Positions 38,558 through 49,368 of a DNA stretch of 64,000 bases are shown here, in pieces. Each line of letters begins with the position of its first letter. The first letter of the stretch is position 1. The notes beneath the pieces were generated by a model. That model was not told where the DNA came from and did not search any database. It worked only from the letters and a program-made list of their open reading frames with translations. The translations under genes were made by a program, and so were the position numbers. Source of the DNA: Eubacteriales bacterium (GTDB lineage Bacteria > Bacillota > Clostridia > Oscillospirales > CAG-272); assembly GCA_045635885.1 (NCBI GenBank), contig JAZTWO010000065.1, positions 3,306 through 67,305 of the forward strand, read 5' to 3'.

Positions 38558-39475
38558 ATGGAACAATTAATTAACGCACTTCCGGGTGCCGTTGCCCTTG
38601 GTCTCGTTTGGGGGTTGATGGCTATCGGATTGTATATAACATATAAAATACTTGCAATATCCGATTTGACGGTTGACGGTTCTATTTGTACCGGTGCGTT
38701 GGTGTGTGCAATGCTTATAACAAAGGGAGTTGATCCCTGGGTGGCAATGCTTGGTGCAGTGGTTGCAGGTGGTCTTTGCGGACTTATAACCGGCTTTTTG
38801 CACACCGTTTTGGGCATTCCTGCAATACTTTCAGGTATTTTAACTCAGCTTTCTTTATGGAGCGTGAATTTGAAATTGGCGGACGGTAGTTCACAGGTTT
38901 CAGTTTCTTGGAGAAAATATGACGTTATTCTTAGCTCAAGCAATAACAAAGAGGCGATTGTTACTCTTCTTATAGTTGCGGCTGCAATTATTGGGTTTCT
39001 TTATTGGTTCTTTGGCACATCTCTTGGTTGTTCAATTCGTGCAACGGGTTGCAATATCAATATGAGCCGTGCGCAAGGCATTAATACCGAGCTTAACAAG
39101 GTTTTGGGACTTATTATATCCAATGCTCTTGTTGCGCTTGCAGGTGCAATTTTGGCTCAATATCAGGGCTTTTATAATATTAATATGGGACGTGGTGCGA
39201 TTGTTATTGGCCTTGCAGCCATAGTAATCAGTGAAGTGCTTTTCTCAAAAATTGCAAGAAATTTTGCGGTTCGCCTTTTGGGAGTTCTTATCGGTGGCGT
39301 GATTTACTATCTTGTATATCAGGTTATTGTATTCCTTGGCATTGATACCGATCTTCTTAAGATGCTTTCTGCAATTGTGGTTGCACTCTTCCTTGGTGTT
39401 CCAAACCTTAAGGACAAGGTTATGGCGAAAATTCACATGAAAAAGAAATCGAAGGAGGTTGAGGAAAATGCTTGA
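38558..39475 (+). CDS. ABC transporter permease (partner of the ABC_sub_bind family)
   Basis: About 8 TM helices. Operon position between the binding protein and the ATPase. Confidence 0.85.
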   Translation: MEQLINALPGAVALGLVWGLMAIGLYITYKILAISDLTVDGSICTGALVCAMLITKGVDPWVAMLGAVVAGGLCGLITGFLHTVLGIPAILSGILTQLSLWSVNLKLADGSSQVSVSWRKYDVILSSSNNKEAIVTLLIVAAAIIGFLYWFFGTSLGCSIRATGCNINMSRAQGINTELNKVLGLIISNALVALAGAILAQYQGFYNINMGRGAIVIGLAAIVISEVLFSKIARNFAVRLLGVLIGGVIYYLVYQVIVFLGIDTDLLKMLSAIVVALFLGVPNLKDKVMAKIHMKKKSKEVEENA

Positions 39476-40262
39476 AATTAAAAATGTTTCCAAAACCTTT
39501 AATACTGGAACGATAAATGAGAAAAAGGCACTTCGTGACGTTTCTCTTACACTTAATGACGGTGATTTTGTAACGGTTATTGGTGGTAACGGCGCGGGTA
39601 AATCGACACTTCTTAACGCAATATGCGGAACATGGCAGGTTGACTGCGGTCACATAATTATTGACGGAAGGGACGTAACAAGCACCCCTGAGCATAAAAG
39701 AGCGAAATATCTTGGCAGAGTTTTCCAAGACCCAATGATGGGCACTGCCGCAGATATGGAAATTCAGGAAAATCTTGCTCTTGCCAAAAGACGTGGCAAA
39801 ATGCGTGGACTTGGTTGGGGAATTTCTAAAAAGGAAAGGGAAGAATACAAAGAGCTTCTTTCCACCTTGGGACTTGGTCTTGAGGATAGAATGACAAGCA
39901 AGGTTGGTCTTCTTTCGGGAGGGCAGAGACAGGCGGTGACGCTTCTTATGGCGGCAATGGCAGAGCCAAAGCTCTTGCTTCTTGACGAGCATACGGCGGC
40001 GCTTGACCCAAAAACTGCAGAAAAGGTACTTGAAATAACAGAGAATATTGTAAATAAAAACCGCCTTACAACCCTTATGATCACTCACAATATGCGTGAT
40101 GCCATTAAACACGGCAACCGCCTTATTATGATGAACGAGGGCAAGGTAATTGTTGACGTTTGCGGTGAAGAAAAGAAAAATCTCACCGTTGAAGATCTTC
40201 TTGAATTGTTTAACAAGGCAAGTGGAAAAGAATTCTCAAACGACAGAACTATGTTGGCTTAA
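39459..40262 (+). CDS. ABC transporter ATP-binding protein
   Basis: Walker A GGNGAGKST, signature LSGGQRQ and Walker B LLLLDEH. Overlaps the permease gene by 17 nt. Confidence 0.95.
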   Translation: MRKMLEIKNVSKTFNTGTINEKKALRDVSLTLNDGDFVTVIGGNGAGKSTLLNAICGTWQVDCGHIIIDGRDVTSTPEHKRAKYLGRVFQDPMMGTAADMEIQENLALAKRRGKMRGLGWGISKKEREEYKELLSTLGLGLEDRMTSKVGLLSGGQRQAVTLLMAAMAEPKLLLLDEHTAALDPKTAEKVLEITENIVNKNRLTTLMITHNMRDAIKHGNRLIMMNEGKVIVDVCGEEKKNLTVEDLLELFNKASGKEFSNDRTMLA

Positions 40263-40272
40263 TAGCTTATAC

Positions 40273-40307
40273 AAAAAAGACCTTTTCAAATTGAAAAGGT
40301 CTTTTTA
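40273..40307. terminator. bidirectional terminator
   Basis: aaaaaagaccttttcaa-at-ttgaaaaggtcttttt. Confidence 0.9.
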
Positions 40308-40313
40308 TGGTTT

Positions 40314-41312
40314 TTAGTTTTCAATAAATGTGTATTCGGGACAATTGTCGATTGTATCGAAGTAATAACCCTCGGAAATGAGGAAGTCAAGGATTTCACC
40401 AAGCGCTTCGTTTGTTGACCATTTATCGTGCATCAAAACGATAAGGTCGAGGTCATTACTCTTTGCCTTTGCAAGTCCTGACTTGAGTGTGGCAATAAAG
40501 CTTTGAGCATTATCGTTGCCTTCGGCATCACCTGTGAGGGCGGTCCAGTCATAAACTGCGTATCCGATTCCTCTTACGGCATTTATGTATTCAAGGGCTT
40601 CTGCGTCGGTTTCTAAAAGAGCATTGTTAGTGCCACCTGGGAAGCGAATTATTTTCTTTATTTGGGCGAATTTTTCTTCGCCAAGAGCTTCAATCAAAGC
40701 ATTTTCATATTGCTTAACTTCGTTAATAAACGCATCAATTGAGAAATACACGCTTTGAAGCTCATGTGTGTGTGAGTGACACGCTATAACGTGGCCTCTG
40801 TTGAAAATAGTTTCCATTCTGTCAGGATAGCGTTCAATATCTCGACCCTCGCAGAAGAAGCTTGCTTTAATGCCATATTCTTCGAGCTTCATAACTATTT
40901 CATTGGTGTTGTCACGAGTTGGTCCGTCGTCAAAGGTGAGGTAAATTACCTTATCTTTTGAAACGTCGTTTCCATAAATCTTTACAGTTGTGCCGATTTT
41001 TATTCTAAGTCTGCCTGTGTCTGAAAGCGTAACGCCAACAAATTCGATTTTTTCAACCTTGTTTGCGATTTTGCTTTCGGTGGGAATTATTTCGTATGAA
41101 ATATCCGCATTTTCAAGAAGAGCTTTTGCATCTTTTAAGTTCATTCCCTCAATATTATCTATGTCGATATATTTTGGGGTTGGTGTGGATGTTGGTACGC
41201 TTAAGCTATTCATAAACACGATTGAAAGCACCAAAAGTACAAACACACATGCAGAAAGGATTCCAACAAGTTTAAGAGTTTCTTTTTGTTCTTTGGTATA
41301 GTTTGTTTTCAT
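40314..41312 (-). CDS. membrane-anchored polysaccharide deacetylase (NodB domain) with a PASTA-like module
   Basis: N-terminal TM helix. The segment IEGMNLKDAKALLENADISYEIIP...TVKIY resembles PASTA. NodB motifs are LTFDDGP, ASFFCEG and HSHTHE. Confidence 0.8.
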   Translation of the reverse strand: MKTNYTKEQKETLKLVGILSACVFVLLVLSIVFMNSLSVPTSTPTPKYIDIDNIEGMNLKDAKALLENADISYEIIPTESKIANKVEKIEFVGVTLSDTGRLRIKIGTTVKIYGNDVSKDKVIYLTFDDGPTRDNTNEIVMKLEEYGIKASFFCEGRDIERYPDRMETIFNRGHVIACHSHTHELQSVYFSIDAFINEVKQYENALIEALGEEKFAQIKKIIRFPGGTNNALLETDAEALEYINAVRGIGYAVYDWTALTGDAEGNDNAQSFIATLKSGLAKAKSNDLDLIVLMHDKWSTNEALGEILDFLISEGYYFDTIDNCPEYTFIEN

Positions 41313-41487
41313 TGTATTGTCCTTTGATTAAGTATTTTGCAAACTATATTGTACCATTAAATAAAAAATTTTACAATAGAAAAAACAAAAAAATGTAAAT
41401 TTTTAATATTATTTTTTTAACTTACTTGAAAGAAAAATAAAAAAGTGATAATATAATTTTATAGACACAAATTAGGAGGTATGAAAA

Positions 41488-42891
41488 ATGAATTTTTCTT
41501 CGTTTTTAAATTCAAGACGTGAAAATTGCAAGCAGCTTGTTGCTGAGCTTGGCAAAAGCTTTGCGTACGTTGGAATTCTTGGTTCTGACGTTAAATCAAG
41601 CGCAATAAGAGTTAATCGCAACACGTCCGATATTGGAGAGGGTGGCGCTGCCGAGTGCGGATTCGTTATTAAAATGCACAATGGCAGAGCATTCTTTGAA
41701 TATTCAATTGATGACATTGCGGGTGACATTCCTGCACTTGCAAACAAAATTATCGACTCGGTTAAGGTTGAAGAGTCCCTTATGGATAGCGAAATTAACG
41801 TTTCTGTTCCCAAGGACGAGCCAATGGTTAAGTCTTTTGCCCGTGAGTGCGATTTTGACAATTTCTCGGACGAGGAGCTGCTTTCAAAATGCATTGAGAT
41901 TAGAGATGAAATTCTTTCAAAGAGCGACAAGCTTTTAAATGCTATGGTTGCGGTTATGCCCTTTACTGTTTCAAAGCTCTTTATTTCTAAAAACCGTGAG
42001 CTTGACCAGTTCTATTCTTGGGTTAACGTTATGGCGGTTGGAGTTTATCGTGATGGTGAAAAAATGGTTATGGCAAGAGAGGGAACATATTCCAATCTTA
42101 TGAAGGAAGCCCTTGAAGAGATGCCTTCTCATCTTGATAAGCTTGTTACAAAGTGCGAAAAGCTTGCAAAGGCAAAGCCAATTGTACCGGGGGTATATGA
42201 CGTTATTACAGACCCCTCAATTTCGGGACTTATCGCGCACGAAGCATTTGGTCACGGGGTTGAAATGGACCAGTTTGTTAAGGACAGAGCTTTGGCAAAG
42301 TATTTTGTTGGCGACTATGTAGCATCCCCCATTTGCAATATGCGTGACGGTGCTGCATCAACTTTTTCAACCGCATCATATTTCTTTGATGACGATGGAG
42401 TTTTGGCTCACGATACACAAATTATCAAAGATGGAATTCTTGTTGCAGGTATTTCTGACCTCGTTTCTGCAACCGAGCTTGGTACTGAGCCAACCGGCAA
42501 CGGCAGACGTCAGTCATACAAGAGAAAGGCATATTCAAGAATGACAAACACCTTCTTCTGCCCCGGAAACGACAAGCTTGATGATATGATTGCTTCAATT
42601 AAGCACGGATATATGCTTTTTGAAACTAATAACGGTATGGAAGACCCTAAAAACTGGCAAATCCAATGTACCGCAGAATATGGAATTGAAATTGTTGACG
42701 GTAAGCTCACCGACAACTATGTTTCTCCTGTTGTTATGAGTGGTAGTGTTCCTGAATTGCTCAAATCCATTTCAATGGTTTCGGACGATTTTAAAATAAT
42801 CGGTGCCGGCTCTTGTGGAAAGGGCTATAAAGAATGGGTGCGTGTTTCTGACGGCGGACCTGCTTTGAAAGTGAGGGTTAAATTGGCATGA
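41488..42891 (+). CDS. tldD: TldD-type metalloprotease (TldD/PmbA family, catalytic subunit)
   Basis: HEAFGHGVE zinc motif and a C-terminal GxC...GGP motif (GAGSCGKGYKEWVRVSDGGP). Confidence 0.8.
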   Translation: MNFSSFLNSRRENCKQLVAELGKSFAYVGILGSDVKSSAIRVNRNTSDIGEGGAAECGFVIKMHNGRAFFEYSIDDIAGDIPALANKIIDSVKVEESLMDSEINVSVPKDEPMVKSFARECDFDNFSDEELLSKCIEIRDEILSKSDKLLNAMVAVMPFTVSKLFISKNRELDQFYSWVNVMAVGVYRDGEKMVMAREGTYSNLMKEALEEMPSHLDKLVTKCEKLAKAKPIVPGVYDVITDPSISGLIAHEAFGHGVEMDQFVKDRALAKYFVGDYVASPICNMRDGAASTFSTASYFFDDDGVLAHDTQIIKDGILVAGISDLVSATELGTEPTGNGRRQSYKRKAYSRMTNTFFCPGNDKLDDMIASIKHGYMLFETNNGMEDPKNWQIQCTAEYGIEIVDGKLTDNYVSPVVMSGSVPELLKSISMVSDDFKIIGAGSCGKGYKEWVRVSDGGPALKVRVKLA

Positions 42892-44162
42892 TTAATAAGG
42901 TTATTGATATACTTAAAAATACAAGCGGCATCTCCGATTGGAAGGTGAATGCCGTTAGAACGGAGTCGACGGAGCTTTTCTTCGTTCACAAAAATCTTGA
43001 AACAGTTAGAAGCACCGACACAAACGAGCTTAAGGTTACTGTTTACGTTGCACATGATGAAAAATTGGGTGAGGCAACTTTCTCGGTTTATTCGTCCTAT
43101 GACGAGGCGACGATTGTTGAAGAAATTGAAAAGGCAAAGAAAAAGGCGAACATTATTGGAAACCAAGCTTATTCAATTCCTCAAAATGAAGTTGGTGAAT
43201 ACGTTTCTAAATCCAATTTTGCAGAGTACAAGCCCCACGAACTTGCCTCTTTGATTTCTAAAGCTTGCTTTGAGGCGGATAATATTGAGGGTGGCTCGAT
43301 AAACGCACTTGAAATTTTTGTTTACAAGGACGTTGTTTCGGTTATCAACAGTTGCGGAATTAACAAAAGTCAGGTTAAATATCGTGCAATGGTAGAGGCG
43401 ATTCCCACGTTCAACGGTGCAGAAAGTGTTGAGCTTTATGAGCAGTATAATTTCACTGAGTTTGATCACGCACTTGTTGTTGAGGAAATTTCCAAGAAAA
43501 TGCACGAGGTTAGGGATAGATATGAGGCGAAAGCGCCCGAAGGCAAGCTCTCTTGTCCCGTTGTGCTTGATGCCCCTGAGCTTGAACAGCTTATTGGCAA
43601 TTTTATTGGTAGTCTTAATTTCTCTTCAGTTTATCAACATTCAAATGCATTTAATGTTGGTGACGATATTCAAAAGGATGCAAGTGGCGACAGACTTACT
43701 GTTACAATGTGCGCTCAGATGAAGGGAAGTGTGCGTTCATCTGCCTTTGACTCTGATGGTGTGACACTTGTTGATAGAAAAATTATTGAGGACGGCAAGG
43801 CAACTGCTCTTTGGGGTGGAACAAGATTTGCTCAATATCTTGGAGAAGCTCCAACCGGTAATCTTGGTTGCATTTCTGTTGAATGCGGAACACTTACCGA
43901 CGAGCAAAAGACAAGCACACCATATTTCCGTTGCGCATCCATGTCGGGCCTTCAGGTTGACATTTATAACGATTACATTGGCGGCGAGGTTCGTCTTGGC
44001 TACTATTTCGACGGTGAAAAGGAAATTCCCCTCACCGGAATTTCAATCAGCGGTAAGCTTAGTAGCGCCCTTGCAAACATGCGTCTTTCAAATGAGACGG
44101 TTACATACGAAGACTATAACGGTCCCAAATGTGCTATTTTTGGTGGAATTGAAATAGTTTAA
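42888..44162 (+). CDS. TldD/PmbA family protein lacking the HExxxH motif (PmbA/TldE-like partner)
   Basis: ATGA overlap with the upstream gene. Family-like C-terminus. No zinc motif is visible. Confidence 0.7.
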   Translation: MINKVIDILKNTSGISDWKVNAVRTESTELFFVHKNLETVRSTDTNELKVTVYVAHDEKLGEATFSVYSSYDEATIVEEIEKAKKKANIIGNQAYSIPQNEVGEYVSKSNFAEYKPHELASLISKACFEADNIEGGSINALEIFVYKDVVSVINSCGINKSQVKYRAMVEAIPTFNGAESVELYEQYNFTEFDHALVVEEISKKMHEVRDRYEAKAPEGKLSCPVVLDAPELEQLIGNFIGSLNFSSVYQHSNAFNVGDDIQKDASGDRLTVTMCAQMKGSVRSSAFDSDGVTLVDRKIIEDGKATALWGGTRFAQYLGEAPTGNLGCISVECGTLTDEQKTSTPYFRCASMSGLQVDIYNDYIGGEVRLGYYFDGEKEIPLTGISISGKLSSALANMRLSNETVTYEDYNGPKCAIFGGIEIV

Positions 44163-44185
44163 AATTTATTTTTCGGGAGTAAAAT

Positions 44186-44908
44186 ATGAAAAAGCTTATA
44201 TTATTTGACCTCGATGGAACTCTTTTGCCAATGAATCAAGAAGAATTTACAAAAGCTTATTTTTACGTTTTGTTAAATAAGCTTGCAGAGCTTGGTTTTC
44301 CCAGTGCAACAAACGACGAGCAGATGGCACTTGCCTCTGCAGTTTGGACGGGTACAAAAGCTATGATGCAAAATGATGGCTCTTGCACCAACAGAGAAAG
44401 ACTTTTTTCAGTGTTTGAAAATATGGTGGGTCAGGATTTGTCTGATAAAGAGGATGCGCTTGATTTATTTTATCAAAACGAATTTAACAAGGTTTCTGCG
44501 GTGTGCGGCAAAAATCCAAGAGTTGCGGAGATTATTTCCTTAATCAAGGAAAAGGGAATTAGGGTGGCGATTGCTACAAATCCTCTGTTCCCATTGCGTG
44601 CCAACGAATCTCGTCTTAAGTGGGCGGGGCTTGATTTGAGTGATTTTGAATATTGCACCTGCTATGAAAATTCCTCTTTTTGCAAACCCAAGCTTGAATA
44701 TTATCGCTCCATTTTAGAGCATCTTGACGTAAAGCCCGAGGATTGCATGATGGTGGGCAACGACGTGCGAGAGGACATGGTTGCCGCAGAGCTTGGCATG
44801 GACGTATTTTTGATTACGGATTGCTTGCTCAATATTGAAAACAAGGATATTTCTCAATATCCCAACGGTTCTTGGGAAGATTTTTGGAATTATATTGATG
44901 CAAAATAG
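44186..44908 (+). CDS. HAD-superfamily hydrolase
   Basis: Motif I LILFDLDGTLL, motif II IATNP and motif IV VGNDVRED. Confidence 0.85.
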   Translation: MKKLILFDLDGTLLPMNQEEFTKAYFYVLLNKLAELGFPSATNDEQMALASAVWTGTKAMMQNDGSCTNRERLFSVFENMVGQDLSDKEDALDLFYQNEFNKVSAVCGKNPRVAEIISLIKEKGIRVAIATNPLFPLRANESRLKWAGLDLSDFEYCTCYENSSFCKPKLEYYRSILEHLDVKPEDCMMVGNDVREDMVAAELGMDVFLITDCLLNIENKDISQYPNGSWEDFWNYIDAK

Positions 44909-45171
44909 AATTTTGGGGCATATATTTTGCGTTTGTAGTTAAAATAGGGTGCTTGATTTTGCACTTTTTGCCCTTTATTATCCTTTCTTTATGGTGTATA
45001 ATTATTACATCAAGAAAGGAAAGGTGAATTAAAATAACAACATTTATTATCTGTACAATCGGTTTTTTGACAATTATGGTTGGTATGCTTTTATCAATTG
45101 CTTTGGCTACCGTTTTGGAACAGTTATAACTCATTTAAACTACAAAATTTAATTAAAGAAAGGTTATTATT

Positions 45172-46248
45172 ATGAACATGATGACAATTATCGTGGCGGG
45201 CGCACTTGGATTGTTCTGCATTCTTTTTGCGGCTCTTGCCATCAAAAAACACTCTTCAACAGGAAAATCTCCCGTTGCTTTGATAGTGATTGCGCTTATT
45301 TTTGCAGTAGCTTTGGCAATTGTGCCAATGAGCATTCACGTTGTTAACACAGGTGAAGTTGCAGTTGTTAAGGAAATGGGTGAGGCGAAAGAGGTTAAAA
45401 CTGCAGGTATGCACTTTGGTCTTTGGTTTGTTACCCAATATGATTATTATGATTCCAAGGTTCAAAACGTTGAAATCAAAACGTCTGCATACTCCTCTGA
45501 CGCACAGACAATGGATATTTCAATGACACTTCAGTTCCAAATTTCAGTTGAAAATGCTATTGATATTGCAGAGCAATATGGTAATCTTGACGCTTTGGAA
45601 AGCAGAATTGAAGCAATTGCGGTTGAAAAGACAAAGTCCGTTTTGTCCTCTTATAAGGCGATGGATATTATTTCTGACCGTGCTTCTATGTCTCCAAGAG
45701 TTGAAGAAGCGATTATCAACGCAATTACAAATGAATATTTTGTAACTGTTTCTACTGTTGTTCTTACAAACATTGATTTCTCAGATGCTTTTGAAAAGGC
45801 GGTTGAAGAAAAAATGATTGCAGAGCAGAAAAAGCTCCAGGCGGAATATGAGAACGAAATGAAGGTTGCGGCGGCTGAGGCAGAAGCTCAGGCGGCTATT
45901 CAAAAGGCAGAGGGTGAAGCAAAGGCGAAGCTCATTGCCGCAGAGGCAGAACGTGATGCTCAGGTTGAGCTTTCTCGTGCAGAGGCACTTTCAATTCAGC
46001 TTAAATCCGTTGAAATTGCAAGAGCACTTGGCTTTACTGTTACCGAAAAGGATTCAGTTGACGAGGAAGGCAATCCCGTTATTGAATACATAATTGATTT
46101 CGAGGGCAAGAGTGCCGATGAAATTGCGCTTATCACTGATTATCTTAAGTACATGGAATATCTTGCTAAATGGGACGGCAAGCTCCCCACTGTTATGTCA
46201 GGTGACGGTGCAAGTATTATGATTCCTGTTGATCCAAGCGCAGAATAA
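45172..46248 (+). CDS. SPFH/band-7 (prohibitin/HflC-like) membrane protein
   Basis: N-terminal TM helices, then GEVAVVKEMGEAKEV...GMHF. An A/E-rich coiled coil (AAAEAEAQAAIQKAEGEAKAKLIAAEAERDAQ). Confidence 0.85.
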   Translation: MNMMTIIVAGALGLFCILFAALAIKKHSSTGKSPVALIVIALIFAVALAIVPMSIHVVNTGEVAVVKEMGEAKEVKTAGMHFGLWFVTQYDYYDSKVQNVEIKTSAYSSDAQTMDISMTLQFQISVENAIDIAEQYGNLDALESRIEAIAVEKTKSVLSSYKAMDIISDRASMSPRVEEAIINAITNEYFVTVSTVVLTNIDFSDAFEKAVEEKMIAEQKKLQAEYENEMKVAAAEAEAQAAIQKAEGEAKAKLIAAEAERDAQVELSRAEALSIQLKSVEIARALGFTVTEKDSVDEEGNPVIEYIIDFEGKSADEIALITDYLKYMEYLAKWDGKLPTVMSGDGASIMIPVDPSAE

Positions 46249-46260
46249 CTAAATATAAGA

Positions 46261-46287
46261 AAAGCACTCGGCTTAGCCGAGTGCTTT
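46261..46287. terminator. bidirectional terminator; the hairpin overlaps the last codons of pflA
   Basis: aaagcactcggc-tta-gccgagtgcttt. The loop tta is the complement of the pflA stop codon. Confidence 0.8.
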
Positions 46288-47004
46288 TTCAAATTCATTA
46301 TAAAGTTCGTTAATATAAGTTTGCTTTGCTTCGGGGGTATTTTTGAGGGGGAAGTCGAGTCCCAATTCGTCATACTTTTCAAGGCAGAGCTTGCGAAAGG
46401 GAAGAAGCTCGATTTTTTCAACGCAAGAATATTGCTTTTTTAAATCATAGAGCTTTGCAATGCTTTCTTTACTATCGTTAAGATTTGGAATTACAACATA
46501 GCGAAGCCATGTTCGTTTGTTTATTGCTTGAAGGTATGCAAGAAATTCTTCTGCTTTGCTCATTTCCATTCCTGTGTGTTTCAAATAGTCATCTGCGTTT
46601 GTATATTTGAAATCAAGAAGCACCATATCGGTATATTCAAGCAAATTCTTAACGTTTTCGTTAAGAACGCAACCACTTGTGTCGATTGCGGTATGAATTC
46701 CGTGTCTTTTAAGTTCCTTAAAAAGTTCAATCAAAAATTCCGTTTGAACAAGGGGTTCGCCACCTGAAACGGTAACTCCACCATCAATTCCATAATAGGA
46801 TTTAAAGCGAAGCACCTTTTGAACCATTTCGTCAACGGTATATTCCGTGCCACCGGTAAAGCTCCAAGTGTCAGGATTGTGACAACACACGCAACGAAGG
46901 GGGCAACCCTGCATAAATATTACTGAACGAACGGACGGCCCGTCCACTGTTCCAAGACTTTGGAACGAGTGGATTTGCCCCGTTGTTTTATTACATGGAT
47001 TCAT
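46273..47004 (-). CDS. pflA: pyruvate formate-lyase activating enzyme (radical SAM)
   Basis: [15 protein letters not shown] cluster motif and [10 protein letters not shown]. Confidence 0.95.
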   Translation of the reverse strand: MNPCNKTTGQIHSFQSLGTVDGPSVRSVIFMQGCPLRCVCCHNPDTWSFTGGTEYTVDEMVQKVLRFKSYYGIDGGVTVSGGEPLVQTEFLIELFKELKRHGIHTAIDTSGCVLNENVKNLLEYTDMVLLDFKYTNADDYLKHTGMEMSKAEEFLAYLQAINKRTWLRYVVIPNLNDSKESIAKLYDLKKQYSCVEKIELLPFRKLCLEKYDELGLDFPLKNTPEAKQTYINELYNEFEKALG

Positions 47005-49222
47005 GGAATGTTCTTGAGATAACCTCTCTTTGTTGTTCCTTGCTAAGACGTGTGAAGTTTACTGCATAGCCGGAAACACGGATTGTGAGGTTGGGATATT
47101 TATCGGGATTTTCGTAAGCATCCATAAGAGTTTCACGATTAAGAACGTTTACGTTGAGGTGATGAGCGTTACGTCCGAAGTAGCCGTCAAGAATGCGAGC
47201 AAGGTTATCAATTCTTGTCTGCTCGTCCTTACCAAGTGCGTCGGGAACGATGGAGAAGGTATTGGAAATACCATCCATAGCATCGTTATAGGGCATTTTG
47301 GAAACGGAGTTGAGGGATGCAAGTGCGCCATTCTGCTCTCTATTATGCATGGGGTTAGCGCCGGGAGCGAATGCTTCGCCCTTCTTTCTACCGTCGGGAG
47401 TAGCACCTGTCTTTTTACCGTAAACAACGTTGGATGTAATGGTGAGAACGGAAAGAGTGTGAATTGCATTTCTATAAGTAGGAGTTTTACGAAGCTCTCT
47501 CATCATTCTGCGAATTACTCTTTGACCAATTTCGTCAACACGGTCATCATCATTACCATATTTGGGGAAGTCACCTTCAACCTCGAAGTCAACGATAAGA
47601 CCTTCTTCATTCTTAATTGGCTTAACCTTTGCATATCTGATAGCGGAGAGGGAGTCAACGATTACGGAGAAGCCCGCAATACCAAACGCCATAAGACGTT
47701 CAACCTCTGTATCATGAAGAGCAAGCTGAAGCTTTTCATATGAATATCTGTCGTGGCTATAGTGAATGATGTTCATTGTCTTTACATACGCTTCACAGAG
47801 CCAAGCAAGATACAATTTGAAACGGTCATAAACCTTATCGTAGCTAAGGTAATAATCGTCCATAACCTCCATTTGAGGACCAACACGAGTGCCGAACATA
47901 TTGTCAACACCACCGTTGATTGCAAGAAGCAAGAGTTTTGCAAGGTTTGTTCTTGCGCCAAAGAACTGCATCTGCTTGCCAACCTGCATTGCAGAAACGC
48001 AGCAAGCGATTGCATAGTCGTCACCAAATATGGGGCGCATAAGATCGTCGTTTTCATACTGAATTGAAGCAGTATCAATAGAAACCTTTGCGCAGAATTT
48101 CTTAAATGGTGTGGGGAGTGCCTCGCTCCAAAGAACTGTAAGGTTGGGTTCGGGAGCAGGGCCGAGGTTATAGAGTGTGTTAAGAATTCTGTAAGAAGTT
48201 TTTGTTACAAGTGTTTTATGTGTTTCACCTGTACCGCCAACACATTCTGTAATCCACATTGGGTCGCCACCGAAAAGCTCGTTATATTCGGGTGTTCTGA
48301 GGTGTCGAGCCATACGAAGCTTGATTACAAGGTCGTCGATAAGCTCCTGTGCCTCTTCTTCAGTAAGAATGCCTGCCTTAATATCCTTTTCAATATAAAT
48401 ATCAAAGAATGTTGAGCAACGGCCAAAGCTCATTGCGGCGCCGTTTTGCTCCTTGTTTGCACCAAGGTAGCCAAAATATGTCCACTGAATTGCTTCACGA
48501 GCATTGGATGCGGGCTTTGAAATGTCAAAGCCATACAAAGCAGCCATTTTCTTGAGATCTTCAAGTGCCTTGATCTGATCGTTAAGCTCTTCAAGAGTTC
48601 TCATATTGTCAACGTCCATTGCTTTTTTGCCATAGAACTTTTTATCTGCCTTCTTGGTTTCGATAAGAACGTCAACACCATAAAGTGCGATTCTTCTATA
48701 GTCGCCAATGATACGTCCTCTGCCATAAGCGTCGGGAAGACCTGTGAGGAGTGCGCAGTGACGAAGCGCCTTGATTTCATCTGTGTAGATGCTGAAAACA
48801 CCGTCGTTGTGTGTTTTTGTGTATCTGAACTCCTCTTCAATTGTGTCAGATACCTTATAACCGTATGCTTCGCATGCGCTTCTTGCCATTCTCATACCAC
48901 CAAAGGGGTTAACGGCACGTTTTAAGGGTGCGTCTGTTTGAAGACCAACGATTACGTCTGTATCAATATCAAGATATCCGGGTGCGTGTGAAACAAGTGT
49001 TGTTGTTTTTGTTGTGTCAATGTCAAGAACGCCACCATTGTCCATCTCTTGCTTAAGAAGGGCATTGAGCTTTGCCATTGAATTGTTTGTTCTTTCTGTC
49101 GGGCCACAAAGGAAAGTGGGCTCGTCGAGGAAAGGAGTATAATTTTTCTTAATAAAGTTGCGAACATTGATTTCTCGCTTCCAAGTTTCGCCAAGGAAGC
49201 CGTCCCATTGTTTAAAATCCAT
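46991..49222 (-). CDS. pflB: formate C-acetyltransferase (pyruvate formate-lyase)
   Basis: 743 aa. Glycyl-radical motif RVSGYAVNF near the C-terminus. Active-site ACCVSAM. Confidence 0.97.
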   Translation of the reverse strand: MDFKQWDGFLGETWKREINVRNFIKKNYTPFLDEPTFLCGPTERTNNSMAKLNALLKQEMDNGGVLDIDTTKTTTLVSHAPGYLDIDTDVIVGLQTDAPLKRAVNPFGGMRMARSACEAYGYKVSDTIEEEFRYTKTHNDGVFSIYTDEIKALRHCALLTGLPDAYGRGRIIGDYRRIALYGVDVLIETKKADKKFYGKKAMDVDNMRTLEELNDQIKALEDLKKMAALYGFDISKPASNAREAIQWTYFGYLGANKEQNGAAMSFGRCSTFFDIYIEKDIKAGILTEEEAQELIDDLVIKLRMARHLRTPEYNELFGGDPMWITECVGGTGETHKTLVTKTSYRILNTLYNLGPAPEPNLTVLWSEALPTPFKKFCAKVSIDTASIQYENDDLMRPIFGDDYAIACCVSAMQVGKQMQFFGARTNLAKLLLLAINGGVDNMFGTRVGPQMEVMDDYYLSYDKVYDRFKLYLAWLCEAYVKTMNIIHYSHDRYSYEKLQLALHDTEVERLMAFGIAGFSVIVDSLSAIRYAKVKPIKNEEGLIVDFEVEGDFPKYGNDDDRVDEIGQRVIRRMMRELRKTPTYRNAIHTLSVLTITSNVVYGKKTGATPDGRKKGEAFAPGANPMHNREQNGALASLNSVSKMPYNDAMDGISNTFSIVPDALGKDEQTRIDNLARILDGYFGRNAHHLNVNVLNRETLMDAYENPDKYPNLTIRVSGYAVNFTRLSKEQQREVISRTFHESM

Positions 49223-49278
49223 TTTGTACCTCCAAATTTATACAAATATGAATAAAATTCATATTTTTCTATACTTAT

Positions 49279-49307
49279 ATTATAATATATATTATTGATT
49301 TTGTCAA
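49279..49307 (-). promoter_or_regulatory. sigma-A promoter of pflB
   Basis: The - strand reads TTGACA, a 17-nt spacer, then TATAAT. Confidence 0.7.
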
Positions 49308-49337
49308 CAAAAATTATCAGAAAATGTGTTTTTATTA

Positions 49338-49366
49338 TTGACAAATGATTAACAAAGAGATATAAT
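49338..49366 (+). promoter_or_regulatory. sigma-A promoter of the TetR-family gene
   Basis: TTGACA, a 17-nt spacer, then TATAAT. Confidence 0.7.
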
Positions 49367-49368
49367 TG

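Noticed and set aside
45028-45129. 33-codon hydrophobic frame (IKITTFIICTIGFLTIMVGMLLSIALATVLEQL) upstream of the SPFH gene, considered as a possible NfeD-like mini-partner.
   Set aside because: It would need an ATT start. The first ATG leaves only 17 aa and has no RBS. This is not supportable without conservation or ribosome-profiling data.
44829-45134. 101-aa - strand ORF between the HAD and SPFH genes.
   Set aside because: It overlaps the HAD 3' end in antisense, has no RBS, and its composition is like AT-rich spacer.
49296-49310. FNR/CRP-like half-sites TTGAT-N4-TCAAC upstream of pflB.
   Set aside because: The spacing and the second half-site do not fit TTGAT-N4-ATCAA. The sequence is better explained as the -35 TTGACA of the pflB promoter read on the opposite strand.
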